Shown: positions 46,750 through 58,912, counted from the first letter of the stretch. The stretch: 64,000 nt of DNA from an uncultured virus (IMG/VR IMGVR_UViG_3300044641_006743) (IMGVR_UViG_3300044641_006743), one strand, 5' to 3'. Program-made: numbers and translations. Notes: a model not told the origin generated them from the letters alone.

Positions 46750-47170
46750 CCCGATTAATCCTGATCTAATCCCGATCTATTAGGTCGGAATTAAATTGAA
46801 ACTCCTTTGAGCTGACTCTCTCACTGTCCTGTTTGGACCGCGGGAGAGAGCGGAGGGCGAAACCCTAGTTGTAGCAAGGAGTTTCGAGGATTTGACCTCG
46901 TTCGATACGAATTCGTATCAAAAAAGTCGATGATATTAATGAGAATCATTCTCAATAACGCGTCGCGTTCTTTTTTTCTACACGTACTCTCTCTCGGTTG
47001 GGGGTTGGGAGAAGCGTCAGGTAATTTTGTACCCTTTTCAGGGGTATATAGGCCCGTTTTTGGTATAAACGTGTACCATTAATTGTTATTTTGTATGTAA
47101 TTTCCCCAATTAGCCACAAAATTGACACAAAAAAGCCGGGGTCACCCCCGGCAATTAACCCAAATATGAC
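46750..47170. promoter_or_regulatory. Divergent non-coding control region with palindromes
   Basis: Strand switch; GATACGAATTCGTATC at 46904-46919; TGAGAAT-C-ATTCTCA at 46940-46954; terminator-like hairpin at 47128-47152. Confidence 0.65.
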
Positions 47171-47179
47171 ACTGTTGCT

Positions 47180-47392
47180 TTAGACGGCGCCTTTCTGTAT
47201 GTGCTGCGTCGCCAAACTGACCGCCTGTTGGTATTTTTGCGTGTCTGGCACAGCTCTTGCCAGCTCTTGGCCCGCAGCTGCCCTCATTTTCTGGACTTCG
47301 AACGGGTGCATTCCACTTTCACGCAGTTCATTGGCGCGTTGGTCAATTGTTTGACGAATATTTTCGCGCCTTTCTTGCTGTTCTTCGTTCAT
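47180..47392 (-). CDS. Hypothetical protein
   Basis: 70-aa ORF followed by a terminator. Confidence 0.55.
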   Translation of the reverse strand: MNEEQQERRENIRQTIDQRANELRESGMHPFEVQKMRAAAGQELARAVPDTQKYQQAVSLATQHIQKGAV

Positions 47393-47513
47393 TTTGGGAT
47401 TAACTTACCGATTTCACGGTTTATATTCCTAAGTTTACAGGATACTTACGTTTTTTAATTACCCAAAGTTAGAATGTAACCAATAAAAGATTAAAAGATA
47501 CGTCTTAAAGGTT

Positions 47514-49634
47514 ATGGCGCTTTCTCCAGCTGATTTCTACGCCTATAGCCGCGCCACTGGAGCGCCAATCCCAGAAGATCCGCAAGAACGGGCTGAGATG
47601 GCGCCAGAAGTCCTGGAGTTTCGCCGTAATCAACTCAAATCCTCACAACAAGAGTCAAATCCCCTCGGTGCGTTGGGTACTGCTGCAGCTGCTGTAGGTG
47701 CATTGGCAGGTTTGGGGTTTGGTGCCAGGGCATTAATGCGTCGTGGGCAACAGATCCCCAAAGGCCCAGCTAAATCCGCAACCGCTGGTGTACGCCAGGT
47801 CAATCTTGCGGACATGGAGCAGGCAGTACGTCGTGTTGCTTCTGAACCTGCACCTTCTACACCTGCGCCCGCACCATCAAAAATTGCAACCCGTAGTGTA
47901 ATGCCTACGGAGGAAGAGATATTTGCCAAATATGCGCGTGACTTAGGTGAAGCCATTCCCGAACCCACGGCAGAAGAGCTGAATTTCCCTCCTGCTCAAT
48001 ACCGTACATATGGTGTTGGATATCGTGAACGCGCAGCTGAACCTGGTTACCGCTCCAATGCACTTGCCGCATTTGAAAAGCGTTACCCACCTTCCCCAGA
48101 AGTGCAGGCCGCACGACGCGCTGCGGCACAAGAAGATTTATTAAGTGCTGCAGCAAGGCTCCAAACAAATACTGAAACCCTAACCGACATCCAAAAGGTC
48201 CAAGCTGTTTCTAATGCGGATCAATTTATTAACGCAGTTGAATCTGGTGAAGATCAAACGACAGGACGTTTAATTCAAAAGTTAAACATCGCAGATCCCT
48301 GGGGCCAATCCACCATTCCTCCATCTGCTGTAAATGATCAGCAACCCACCCTTTTACTTCCGGCAGCAGCAGTTAGCCCAAGGGAAAAAGCACAAGAGTT
48401 TCTTCAGTCTCGCTTCGAAGAATTAGGTGCCACGATCCCAGGTCGTTATCGGCGTGAACGCGCCATGGGCCAAGACCCGGCCATTGCAGAAGCTATGGAG
48501 CTTTATGCGTCCACTGGTGATCCAGCCGTCTTATCTCGTTTGTCTGGAACACCGTCTTCTCCGTTGTCTGTAGTACCGCGTGTTCAAACAGAACTCCGTG
48601 AGAAAGAAGAGATCCCGACCGGTATGTTCTTCAAGCCCACAGGGCAAGGTGAGTTTGTTGACGACTTGTTTGAAAAAGATATTGCGTTAACAAATAAAAT
48701 CTCCAGCCTTGGAGCTGAAAAGCAAAACATCTTGAATCGCCTGGAAGAGATCGATCAGCTTGAACCGCAATTACGTTTTGCAGCTGCAGATGAACCTGCG
48801 CAGGGTGGGTATTACACCCGGATGCTCAACAAGATGATGTTCGAGCGTCAGAGCCTGAATCCTGATGTCATCAATGCTGATCTCGGTGACGCAATCGCCC
48901 AACGTGACTTTGTGCGTGCACAGATGGAATCCCTGGAATCCCTGGGAACCAAATACAAAATGATCCCACGTCAAGAAGGAGTGCGTCCCTTCTTTGAAGT
49001 TGATCCCGTCACCAACGAACCCATTGCCGAAACCCTTGAGATTCGCAGTGGCCGACCCTCCGTTCAGCTAGAAGAACAAAAAACTGGTGGCGGTCGTTAT
49101 TACTCTGCGTACGACCCAGAAACTCAAGTTGGCTCCAGTGTTGGTATCTATGGCATCGAACCACGCAATTTCCCAATTGCCGATCCCGAGCTTCGTCCTA
49201 CTGCTTTGCAACGTGAAGAAACCAAGATGACTTTACGTCAGGGTAGTTACCCTGAATTCAAAACAGCTGTTACTTCTACACCTGAACAAAAACTTTCTTC
49301 TGTAAATATGTCACAGGCCGTCCTTAGGGCAGCCAAACAACAAGCAACACGAAACCCTAGGGGTGGAGTCTTGCCAGACGAAATCACTACACTTCGTCGC
49401 CAGATGGCGCAACCTGCTGGTGTTGAACAAGTTTTTACTGACGTACAAGAAACGGTAAGTCCTATTCCGCCCCAACAGCTGGGATTAAAAGGTGTTACTG
49501 GTTACTCTGCAAGACAGATTAAATCTCCTGCTGATCTTGCATCTGAACAACTTGAGAATTATATGAGTAAACTACAAAGAGGACGTTCAACTCCGTTGAC
49601 TTCAGAAGTTGTTATTCAACCACGTCTTGTTTGA
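47514..49634 (+). CDS. Large hypothetical protein, possibly internal virion protein
   Basis: 706 aa, Ala/Glu/Pro-rich with one N-terminal hydrophobic segment; first gene of the rightward module. Confidence 0.6.
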   Translation: MALSPADFYAYSRATGAPIPEDPQERAEMAPEVLEFRRNQLKSSQQESNPLGALGTAAAAVGALAGLGFGARALMRRGQQIPKGPAKSATAGVRQVNLADMEQAVRRVASEPAPSTPAPAPSKIATRSVMPTEEEIFAKYARDLGEAIPEPTAEELNFPPAQYRTYGVGYRERAAEPGYRSNALAAFEKRYPPSPEVQAARRAAAQEDLLSAAARLQTNTETLTDIQKVQAVSNADQFINAVESGEDQTTGRLIQKLNIADPWGQSTIPPSAVNDQQPTLLLPAAAVSPREKAQEFLQSRFEELGATIPGRYRRERAMGQDPAIAEAMELYASTGDPAVLSRLSGTPSSPLSVVPRVQTELREKEEIPTGMFFKPTGQGEFVDDLFEKDIALTNKISSLGAEKQNILNRLEEIDQLEPQLRFAAADEPAQGGYYTRMLNKMMFERQSLNPDVINADLGDAIAQRDFVRAQMESLESLGTKYKMIPRQEGVRPFFEVDPVTNEPIAETLEIRSGRPSVQLEEQKTGGGRYYSAYDPETQVGSSVGIYGIEPRNFPIADPELRPTALQREETKMTLRQGSYPEFKTAVTSTPEQKLSSVNMSQAVLRAAKQQATRNPRGGVLPDEITTLRRQMAQPAGVEQVFTDVQETVSPIPPQQLGLKGVTGYSARQIKSPADLASEQLENYMSKLQRGRSTPLTSEVVIQPRLV

Positions 49635-49636
49635 TC

Positions 49637-49849
49637 ATGGCAAAAGACAAGAAAGATAAAAAGTGGATCCAAGGGATGGAGATGAAAGAGGGTGCCTTCA
49701 CAGCTAAAGCCAAGAAACGTGGCATTAGCTCAGCCCAGCTTCAGGAAAACGTATTGTCCAATCCCGACAAGTACGACGAAAAAACGGTGAAGCAAGCAAA
49801 CCTCCGCAAAACACTGGTAGGCTTGCATAAGAAAAAGAAAGCTAAATGA
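49637..49849 (+). CDS. Small basic protein
   Basis: KKWIQ..KEGAFTAKAKK..KQANLRKTL. Confidence 0.65.
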   Translation: MAKDKKDKKWIQGMEMKEGAFTAKAKKRGISSAQLQENVLSNPDKYDEKTVKQANLRKTLVGLHKKKKAK

Positions 49850-50376
49850 ATTTAAATAAACCCAAAACCTCACCAGAGCAATACATTGGTTTTGGTGGCA
49901 ACCAAGATAAAAAACTCTCATTTAAAGATCAATACGATCTACCTGCCAAAGCCCAAGAAACTCCCTGGGTTACATCAAGGTTTGGTCCGAAAGATCTTGT
50001 GAAAGCCATTGCAAATAAACGATTAAACTTCAACGATCTCAACTTCCTTCCAGAAGGACAGGTCGTCGAGGGATATGAAATGTTCCCTGGACGGGGGCGT
50101 TTTAATCCTTCTGAGGATTATGACCTTACCATTGGTCGTCCTGCAACTCCCAACTTTCCAGAGCAGCAACCCGATTTCAATCCAGCTTGGAATAACTTAT
50201 ACATTTCTAGTCCTGTTATCCCCCCTGCTGACAAGAGCAAGAATCCTTTCCCGAGGGAGGGAAATATAGACCCCAATGGTTACCTGCTTGAGATGATGGA
50301 ACAAGGTTTAAGTACAGCTATTACTCCATTCCCTGATCTTATTAGCGAGAACCCGCAATCTTCTCCTTCCATTTAA
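49846..50376 (+). CDS. Hypothetical Pro-rich protein
   Basis: 176-aa ORF. Confidence 0.6.
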   Translation: MNLNKPKTSPEQYIGFGGNQDKKLSFKDQYDLPAKAQETPWVTSRFGPKDLVKAIANKRLNFNDLNFLPEGQVVEGYEMFPGRGRFNPSEDYDLTIGRPATPNFPEQQPDFNPAWNNLYISSPVIPPADKSKNPFPREGNIDPNGYLLEMMEQGLSTAITPFPDLISENPQSSPSI

Positions 50377-50415
50377 ATTAAACAAATTAAAATAAAACAT
50401 ATATAGGTCAATGAT

Positions 50416-53400
50416 ATGAATCCGTTTACGCGCCTGTTGCAGTACGCATCCAAGAACAAAGATCTGGTTGGTAACGTTGCTGCTGGCAGTGCGTTATCAG
50501 CGGGTTTTGGGATGATGGCCGGCGGTCCTGGCGTAGGGCTTGCCTACGGCCTGGGCGATCTTGCAACAGCTCTTCCGTTGACGGCAGCAGCACGCAAGCT
50601 TCGGCCAGCCAAGAGCCGTCGTGTTGAAGTTTCTCCAGGAAAGTTTGAAGAAGAACTTGTCCCTTCCCGCCTGGAAACTGCAGCAAACATTGGCGGTTCA
50701 TTGGTTTCACCGTTTGCAACAGAAGCAGTGCTTGGTGGTTTAATGCCTCAACCACAAGCTGTTCCAACGCAGGTCTCGCAGCAACAGCAGATCATGCAGC
50801 AGATGATGCAACGTCAAGACATCAATAACTTAGAAGTCCCCCAAGCAGTTGCTCCTGGCACCCAGTTTCAAGCTCAAGGCATTGAACAAACGTTCCTTGA
50901 TCAATATCGCCAGCAAGTAACTAAGATGCTTCCTAACCTCCCCCCTGGTTACATTGAGGAGATGATTGCAATGGGCGGAGCAGTCTGATGAATCCACTTT
51001 CTTTTTTAAAAGGTTTTGCAAGTGAATATGTCACCGGAATTAAAACGGCTGATCGTGTTCAACGCGAGATGATCAAAGCTCGTGATGAAGTTTTGAGCCA
51101 AGGGAGTTTGGGATATGGTCAAAGTGTTTTAGATCCACGGTTTGCAAAAGATATTAAAAAACAAGGCATTAGTGTCAAAGAATCCCCAGCCCAAGCTGCT
51201 GGTGCTTATACATCTCGTGCGTTGGTTGATGCAGCTAACGACGGCACCCGTACCTATTGGTGGCGTTGGAACCATCCCTTAGCAATTGCTCAGCGTGTTG
51301 TTGAGACTGGTGTTGGCAAGATTGAAAGCCCAACCGCTAAAGCACTCACCGGTCTCGCCATTGCAGTGCCAGCTGTTGCTGCCGCTGGTACCTATGACAT
51401 CACCAATCCGGAGGAACAGTTTCGCCCTGAGGGTTATGCTCAGACTTATTCGCCCAAAGGAGCAGAAGATCGGCGAACAACTGGACAACCCGTCCAAGAA
51501 TTATTCGAACGCTTTTTCCTTGGCCGTACTGGTGAGCCCCTAAAGTATGCAACTGCTAAAGAGGAAATTCCTGATTTAACACCAGAGCGTTACGGTAACT
51601 ATCTCAATTTCCTTTACAACGATAAAGGCTTGCTTGGTCTTGGTGTTATCAAGGGAACCATGGAAAACTTACAAGGCAATCCTGAAGTTCGTATGTTAGG
51701 TTTTCCAGTCAACTTGCCAATGGTCGGAGGCTTTGTTACTGGTACAGCAGGAGCAAAGGTTGCGGCATCAACTGGCAGCACGCCAAGACAACGTGCAGTA
51801 CGCGGTATTGCAGGCGGTGCGATTGGTTCTCTACTTGGTATTGCAACGGGTAATGCTGCCAATGAAATCATTGCAAGCAATAGACGCAACCAGTTACCAA
51901 CAACTGCAGAATATGGTGTGACTACTGGTAAAATTTAAAATATAAGAAATAATCAAATAGATGGCTCGCATTTTTACCGATCCGGCCACTGGTAAAACCT
52001 ACATGGGTGACCCCGTATCCGGGGAAGTAATGGAGGTTGGTAGTGCCGCTCAACCACAGGGCCGTCGCGCCAGGGCACAACAAGGTCTTCAAGATTTTGT
52101 ACAACAACTTCAAACGGGTACCGGCACTGCAGTAGAAGCAGTTCAGCAAAAAGCCGCAGGCGCAGGTGAATACATCAAAAACAAACCAATGCGTGCCGGC
52201 CTTCGCGGTGGTTTAGCTGGTGGTGCCTTGATGGCGATTCCTTCCATCATGGAAGGGCGACCCGCTGAAGCTGCTGGTGGTCTTGTTGGCTCCGCTGCAG
52301 GTGGAGCTGCAGGTGCTGCTCTTGGCACTGTGCTCATGCCATTTGCACCTGGCGTCGGCACTGTTCTTGGCGGCCTCGCTGGCTCTGCCCTGGGTGGCAT
52401 ACTTGGCGGCAACGTTGCAGAAACTGCAGTCTCTGCATATACCGGTAAGCCCCCAACAGGCAAGACTGGTACCGAGGTTCCGCAACCCCCGCGTTCTATT
52501 GAAACACCCCTGGGACGTATCAACCTAAATGAAGCGGCATCGATGGAAGATGCCATGAACCGTAATCAAAAGCGGCAGCTTGATTATTACGGAACCATGA
52601 TGGGAATGACTACGTCCAACCTGAAGGACCTAACTCAGTTCCAAAACGATCAAGAAATCAATATGCAAAAAGCAATGCTTCCGATTACTACGAAGCTTGC
52701 TAACGATCAGTTGACCCGTGCGCAGGCACTGATCAATACTCAGAACAACGCTTACATTCAACAGATGACTGTGGGCGCACAAGCCAATCTTGCTCTTGGT
52801 GCTCAACGTGAGCGGGGTGCCACGATGCGTCAAGCCCTTGCTACCAACCCATATGTGGTTGCTCTTGGTGCCCCCAACATTTCTATTAGCTGAGGTATAA
52901 ACCCATGGCAGATGCTTCTTTATTTGGTAATTATTTTTCTTCCGCTTCTGGCATGGGTAATCCAGCAACACCTCAAGCTGGAGCCTATGATCCATGGGAG
53001 CAAGATATCCTTAAGAAGATGAGCCCAGATGTCGCTGGCGCCATCATGCTTAATAAAAAACGCGAGGATGTTTATAACGATCCCACGCGTTTCGGTGAAC
53101 TTCTCAATGTCATGAAAGAGTTCCGAGCAGAAGAGGCAGCTAACGCAGCAAAGATTCAGGCTGAACGTGATAAGCGAGCATTCCAATACAATTTAATTGC
53201 GAGCATCCCGCAGACAATCAACCAGGTCAGCAGCAACCTGGCACAGATGACCTATAACGCACCACGTCTACAGATCCTTGCTGGAATCCCCGATCAAATT
53301 CGTGCCGCCTATGGTTCGATGCCTGCAATCAATGTTGCTCGTACTAGAGGCTTTAGTTAGTACTGACATATAATTAGATCATGAGCTTTACTTCAGTACC

Positions 53401-55496
53401 TTCTTACTTTTCTTCGCCTTCTTTTGGTGTTGATACATCAGGTGCTTTTGCTGGCGTTGGCAGCTCTTTAGCGTCTTCTCCTCTTGCCTCCAGTTCTTCT
53501 GTTAAACCAACCGGTATGGATCCCTTTTCAATTGGCGCAGCAGTCTTGGCTCCCGTCATTGGCGGGATCTTTGGTCAAAGTGCAGCAGAAAAACAAGCAG
53601 CTGCCACAGAAAGAGCTGCTGAAATCTCAAGGGCAGCCACAGAGAAAGCAGCAAAGATTGGTGCTAAAGCTCAAATTGCTGGTCAGCTTGGTGGCTTTGG
53701 TCTTGACTACCTCACCTCTCGCTATGAAAGCGGTGCTGGTGGCGCGTTGAATCGCATTAACGTTGCTCGGGATTATGTCCAACGAGCAAACATTGAAGCA
53801 AATAATCCTTCTGTTGTAGCTTTGCGTTCTGTGGAGCGCTACGAAGATCGCTTGCGTGGTGCTATGCCAGGCTTTACGCCACCTTCTGCTTTGTTTGTGT
53901 GATTTAAAATAAAACAATATCGAGTTTGACATGGCGGGCAACAACTTTTTTGATTATTTAAACCAAAAATCTTCGGAAGATTCAGAGGTTTCGGATCGTC
54001 TGGGAGCGATTGAAAAGGCACTGGGGATTACAGAAGCATCCCCCTTTAGTGGCGCCATGGGTTCGCAACCAACAAAAGAAAAAAAGAAGGAAGGTGGTTT
54101 GGGTACAGGAAGATTAAACAAAATTGGCAATATTCCGATTAAACAAATTCAAAAAACGGAAGCAGAAATCAGAAATAATGCACCTGATTACGCCAAGTTT
54201 TTAGCGGAGCAGATTGGACGTGGTGAGCGCAGTCCCATAGAAGCGTCTGACTTATACGCAGACTTTGGTCTTGCATACGGCATCCCAGATGCGTTCAAGA
54301 CTGCTTCAACACTTGGCAGCATGACCATGGGAGCAGCTCCAACAGGAGCCGTGGAGCGTTATCGCCCATTCCAACAATTTGCAGCTAAACAATTAGGTAT
54401 TAACCTTTCGGAAGAAGATATCAAATCAACAGAGGCAGCAGCGCGGGCTCTTGGTAAAACAAGTCCAGAAGCGTTCTCCCAATTTTTAGGACAATCAATG
54501 CTTACTTCCCCAGAATATATTCGTAAAACACCTTTGGCTTTTGCTGCAAACCTTCCTTATGGCGGTCAGTACGGTGTTGGCTATTCCCTTCCAGATGGCA
54601 CGCAAACCGGCACCTTTAGATTCAAACCACCGTCTACTGTTAATTACAGTTGATTCCTAATCTTATACTAATTATTAACAAGAAAAATAAACATGGCAGG
54701 CGCACTTGAGTCTTTTTTTCAAGAACAACGTAAAAGAGGCGTTCAGTTAGCAGGTGCGCCCAAAAAAGAACTAACTAAAGCTATTCAGCAAAAAGGAAAG
54801 GCTGGTCAAGGCAAAAAGATTACCGCCCAAGAACTTGCCAAGGGGCGGCAAGCCTACGCAAAAACAGGCGGAGAAGATTACCTGGCAACTATTGGTCGCA
54901 CCTATAAACCCACCCAACTTTCTAAACAAGTACAAGGCAAACTCCAGAAAGCTGGTTTTGCAAAAGATGAGTCGGGTTATTACACTAAACAAGGAGCGCT
55001 TACCGGAAGTGCTTTAGATAAAGCATTGTCCTCTGGGTACGATCCACAAGATGTGCGTTCTTATTTGGCAGGCTCTTTCGCTCAAAATGAATTGGATGAC
55101 CAAATCGCTAAGTTCTTGGGAGAAGGTGGCCAGTATAAGTTGGATACAGGTACGGGCCGTTGGGCAAAGCAAGAACTTTCCCCTGGTGACAGCCTGACAC
55201 CTGGTGCAGATGAGGTCACGGGTGGCAAGGGCGTTTTCGGTGGCATCGACCCCAATGCCGCTCCAGGTTCAACGCCTGCGGAGATAGCTTATGCAGCTTC
55301 CGTGGACCCTTACAAAATTCAAGCAAAGTCATCGGAACGCCTTGGTCGTTTATCACAGGCAACCGATCTCCTTGGACGTAAAATGGCCTATGGAACTGAA
55401 TACGATATCTCTAAGATGAATCGTTTACAGGCTCTTCAGCAGGCTCAAATCCAACAAGCAAACTACTTGTATAACTTAATTCCTTCTGCTTTTTGA
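50416..55496 (+). other. Run of Gly/Ala/Gln-rich ORFs, probable internal virion/ejection proteins
   Basis: ORFs at 50416-50988, 50988-51938, 51961-52893, 52905-53360, 53381-53902, 53931-54653 and 54693-55496; glycine-zipper hydrophobic segments and Gln/Ala-rich coils; several preceded by TAAAAT-like hexamers. Confidence 0.6.
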
Positions 55497-55676
55497 TCTG
55501 GTATAATTGTTTTTAGTAAGTGCTATGGATTTTAGTTCTCCTACAGTAAAACCGGAAGCAATTCCTGGCGAATCCTTTGACATTCAAGGGTTTAAAAATC
55601 TTTTAAGTACCTTGAAAGAATCAAAGCAAAATCAAGAGAACAAAGCAAAACCTGTATATAGCATCGAGGAATAACA

Positions 55677-56648
55677 ATGGCTAACAAAGGCGGTGGCGGA
55701 AACAAGGGTGGTGGAGGCAATAGGGGCGGCGGCGGTGGCTCTTCAGCCCCTGCCCAGTCTTCTGGTGGCGGCGGAAACAAAGGAGGAGGAGGCGGCGGTG
55801 GCGGCGGTGGCGGCGGCCAAGGTGGTGGAGGAGGTGGCGGTGGTGGAGGCAAGGCCTCTGCACCAGCTCCCGCACCTAGAGCCGCTGCTCCGGCCCCTAC
55901 TCCCGCACCTGCTCCTGCGCCAAAACAAGCAGCTGCTGCTGTAGCAGTTGCTCAAAAACAAGTCCAGCAAAAACAACAATCTCAACCACAAAAACAAGTA
56001 GACACTAAAAAAGAAGATAAAAAAGATGACAGAGTAGCCGCTCTTACCCAAAAAGCAAAAGACTTAATTAAAGGCGCAACCTCTGAGGGGATTGCTGACC
56101 CCGGTAAATTTAAAGATGTACTTGGTAAATTAAAAGATTTAGGCAAAGATAAAAGGGTAGAAACTTTACGTACACAAAAACAAACTGCAGTTTCTACTGC
56201 AAAAGTCACCCCTGGACCCACATCTACAACAGGTGACGGCACCAACACTTCGTCGCAAACAACGGGTTTAACACAAGACGATTTAAATGCTGCAATTACA
56301 AATGCCCTTGGTAACTTCAAACCCGAAGGATTAACGCAAGACGATTTGGACGCGGCTCTTTCTAGTTTTGCTCAATCGTTCCCAATGAGTCAACCTGAGT
56401 CTCAGGCTGTTGACAGCTCTTCCTGGGAGCAAGGTTACCAGCAAGATCTTAGTAACTGGCTTGACCAGTACAAGACCGAGCAGTCTGGACGTGCAGCTGA
56501 TTACGAATCGATGTTGACAGATGTCGCTTCCCAAGAAGGTCAATTTGATCCAGATTTGTTCCGTGGTCTTCTAGGTGAACTAGAATCATCTAAACGTCGT
56601 CAAAAAGAGTGGAATGAGCAATCAGCAAAGGCAGCGTATAAGTACTAG
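55677..56648 (+). CDS. Low-complexity protein (poly-Gly, AP repeats)
   Basis: Long Gly tracts, APAP repeats and a duplicated GLTQDDL(N/D)AA; preceded by GAGG. Confidence 0.7.
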   Translation: MANKGGGGNKGGGGNRGGGGGSSAPAQSSGGGGNKGGGGGGGGGGGGQGGGGGGGGGGKASAPAPAPRAAAPAPTPAPAPAPKQAAAAVAVAQKQVQQKQQSQPQKQVDTKKEDKKDDRVAALTQKAKDLIKGATSEGIADPGKFKDVLGKLKDLGKDKRVETLRTQKQTAVSTAKVTPGPTSTTGDGTNTSSQTTGLTQDDLNAAITNALGNFKPEGLTQDDLDAALSSFAQSFPMSQPESQAVDSSSWEQGYQQDLSNWLDQYKTEQSGRAADYESMLTDVASQEGQFDPDLFRGLLGELESSKRRQKEWNEQSAKAAYKY

Positions 56649-57159
56649 AGACGAAAGCACCCTTGACACAGGCGCTTTTGAGGATTGGTTTATTGAGCAA
56701 GCAGAAGACGTTCAAGAGTCTTTTCATGCTTTTGCTGCTGACAACTACTCCTTTATCGAGTGTTTTCTTTACGCCAGATTCCTTGGTTATGTAGGAAATA
56801 TTCTTGCGTGCGAAGCTTGGGTTAAAAATCATTACCCAAAGCCGGATCATCGGAAGACTCTTCTTATTGAGATTGAAGAGATGCGAGAGGACATTCGCAA
56901 GCTTCGTGATGACATTGAAAACTGTGCAGTAAAACGAGATGCAGGTGTTGCGCGTATTGCCTCTATGCAAAAAGAATTACGCGGGACCATCCATCAAGTT
57001 GAGCAGTACACTTCCGCTAAGGATCGCAAAGGCTTGCTCATGGCTGGTGCTGATCGCGCTATTCGTGAGTTAATGTTTATTTTCAAAGACGACCCAATAG
57101 AAGCACCTTTGCACGAAGCAAGCATGAGTGTGTGGGCTCGTATGCAACTAGAAGAATAA
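56614..57159 (+). CDS. Hypothetical protein, possible terminase small subunit
   Basis: 181-aa helical ORF just upstream of the large terminase; assignment is positional only. Confidence 0.4.
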   Translation: MSNQQRQRISTRDESTLDTGAFEDWFIEQAEDVQESFHAFAADNYSFIECFLYARFLGYVGNILACEAWVKNHYPKPDHRKTLLIEIEEMREDIRKLRDDIENCAVKRDAGVARIASMQKELRGTIHQVEQYTSAKDRKGLLMAGADRAIRELMFIFKDDPIEAPLHEASMSVWARMQLEE

Positions 57160-57191
57160 CCAGCGTTTAAAATAAAAGAAAACATTTTGTT

Positions 57192-57353
57192 ATGGCCAAA
57201 GGTAAAATGCCTCCTCAACTTCTTGAGCACTTCAAGAAGAAAGAAGCGAAAAAAGAAGATGGCACTGAGATGAATGACAAGGAAAAGCGCCGCGCCGCTT
57301 TGGATAAGGCTCGTCAATACCAAAACAAAAAGCGTAAGAACAAAGGAGAATAA
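57192..57353 (+). CDS. Small basic protein (53 aa, not in ORF track)
   Basis: Hand translation MAKGKMPPQLLEHFKKKEAKKEDG... Confidence 0.55.
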   Translation: MAKGKMPPQLLEHFKKKEAKKEDGTEMNDKEKRRAALDKARQYQNKKRKNKGE

Positions 57354-57385
57354 GTTAGTATTCAGTAATTAGTTGAATACTTCTC

Positions 57386-58912
57386 GTGCCTTCTTACCTC
57401 CATCTGGCTTATCGCAGGAACGCACGCGCTGCTTCTAAAAACTATCAAATTAAGCCAAATAAAAATCTTGAAGACTTAAAAAGAGCGCGAGAAGACTTTG
57501 GTTTCTTTTGTGAGTACGTAGCAGATAAACCTCCTGCGCAACATCATAAGGATTGGCATCGGCACTTTGTTACGGAAGAGAATAGCAGTTGCCTTCTACG
57601 TATCGCTGGCCCCAATGTAGATCTACTTGCTCCCCGTGGTTCGGCCAAAAGTACGGTTCTTGGCTTACTGACAGCATGGGCTATTGGTATCCACACCCAG
57701 GCTAAACGCCCTCTTCAGATTCTTTATCTGTCTTATACGGTTGATATTGCACGTTCCAAGTCTGCAACGATTAAACGAATCATTGAAAGCAAGCGATACC
57801 AAGAAGTATTCCCAGAAGTTCGCCTTCTGAAGAACGTCACCAGTAACGAGTACTGGTCAATTGATCACAAGTTTGCTGGTATTGATGTGACCGGTGATGA
57901 ACAATTTACTCTCTGCGCAGCAGGTCTAAAGGGTTCGGTGACTTCCAAGCGTTCTCACCTTGTCATGATTGATGACGCCATCAAATCTGCAGCGGACATC
58001 TCCAACCCTGACATCAGAAAGATGATGCAGGATAACTGGAACGCAGTGATCGCACCGACCATGTTTGAAGGAGGAAGAGCCATTTGCCTTGGTACTCGCT
58101 TCAGGCATGATGACATTCATGCCACTACATTCAACGAACAAAACAACTGGACTCAGATTGTTCTTTCCGCAATCACCAATGATCCCAAGACTGGTGACGA
58201 GCTTTCATACTGGCCTGACATGTGGTCTTTGGATTACCTAAAGGAAAAGAAACGGCAAGCACCTATTGCTTTTTCGTTCCAGTACATGAATCAAATCATC
58301 AGGCAAAACGAGTTGTCGCTTGCGCCTGAACTGATTGTTAAAGCTGAGATTTCAACGGAGTTCGATACGCTTGGCGTTGGGGTTGACCTTTCCGCTGGCA
58401 CTAAAGAAAAGAATGATTACACTGTCATGATCCTTGGTGGCCGCATTGGCGATCGCATCCATATTATTGATTACCGCAGGTTGCGTGTTATGGGCAACCT
58501 AGAAAAACTAGATGCGCTCAAAGAACTTTTGAATGACTGGTCAATCCTTGGCAAAGACGCTAATGACAATTATTTCCCAACATATTCAACGTGTGACATT
58601 TGGTCAGAAGCTGTGCAGTACCAGGCATCCCTGGAAGCCGACTTTAAACGAGTCTGTTTAAATCAAGAAAGTCTCTACAACTTAATTTGGCATCCCGTCA
58701 AAGGATTCCGCGCAGACAAATTGGCCCGCTTCCGTGGAATCATGGGTATGTTTGAAGATCGCAAGATTATTTTTAATCGTTATAGAAACTTCACCAATCT
58801 TTTTGAAGAACTAACTAATTTTGGTGTCAGCAGTCACGACGATTGCGTTGACGCTCTCGTCTGGCTTGTCACTGGTTTAGCAAGAAAAGGACAATTGCAA
58901 GTTGATTACTGA
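57386..58912 (+). CDS. terL: Terminase large subunit
   Basis: APRGSAKST (Walker A variant), VMIDD (Walker B), GTRFRHDD, GVDL and HDDCVDAL (nuclease). Confidence 0.92.
   Translation: MPSYLHLAYRRNARAASKNYQIKPNKNLEDLKRAREDFGFFCEYVADKPPAQHHKDWHRHFVTEENSSCLLRIAGPNVDLLAPRGSAKSTVLGLLTAWAIGIHTQAKRPLQILYLSYTVDIARSKSATIKRIIESKRYQEVFPEVRLLKNVTSNEYWSIDHKFAGIDVTGDEQFTLCAAGLKGSVTSKRSHLVMIDDAIKSAADISNPDIRKMMQDNWNAVIAPTMFEGGRAICLGTRFRHDDIHATTFNEQNNWTQIVLSAITNDPKTGDELSYWPDMWSLDYLKEKKRQAPIAFSFQYMNQIIRQNELSLAPELIVKAEISTEFDTLGVGVDLSAGTKEKNDYTVMILGGRIGDRIHIIDYRRLRVMGNLEKLDALKELLNDWSILGKDANDNYFPTYSTCDIWSEAVQYQASLEADFKRVCLNQESLYNLIWHPVKGFRADKLARFRGIMGMFEDRKIIFNRYRNFTNLFEELTNFGVSSHDDCVDALVWLVTGLARKGQLQVDY

Noticed and set aside
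31232..58912. Inteins in polymerase or terminase; alternative genetic code
   Set aside because: Protein lengths and motif spacing are normal, and long genes are intact under the standard code
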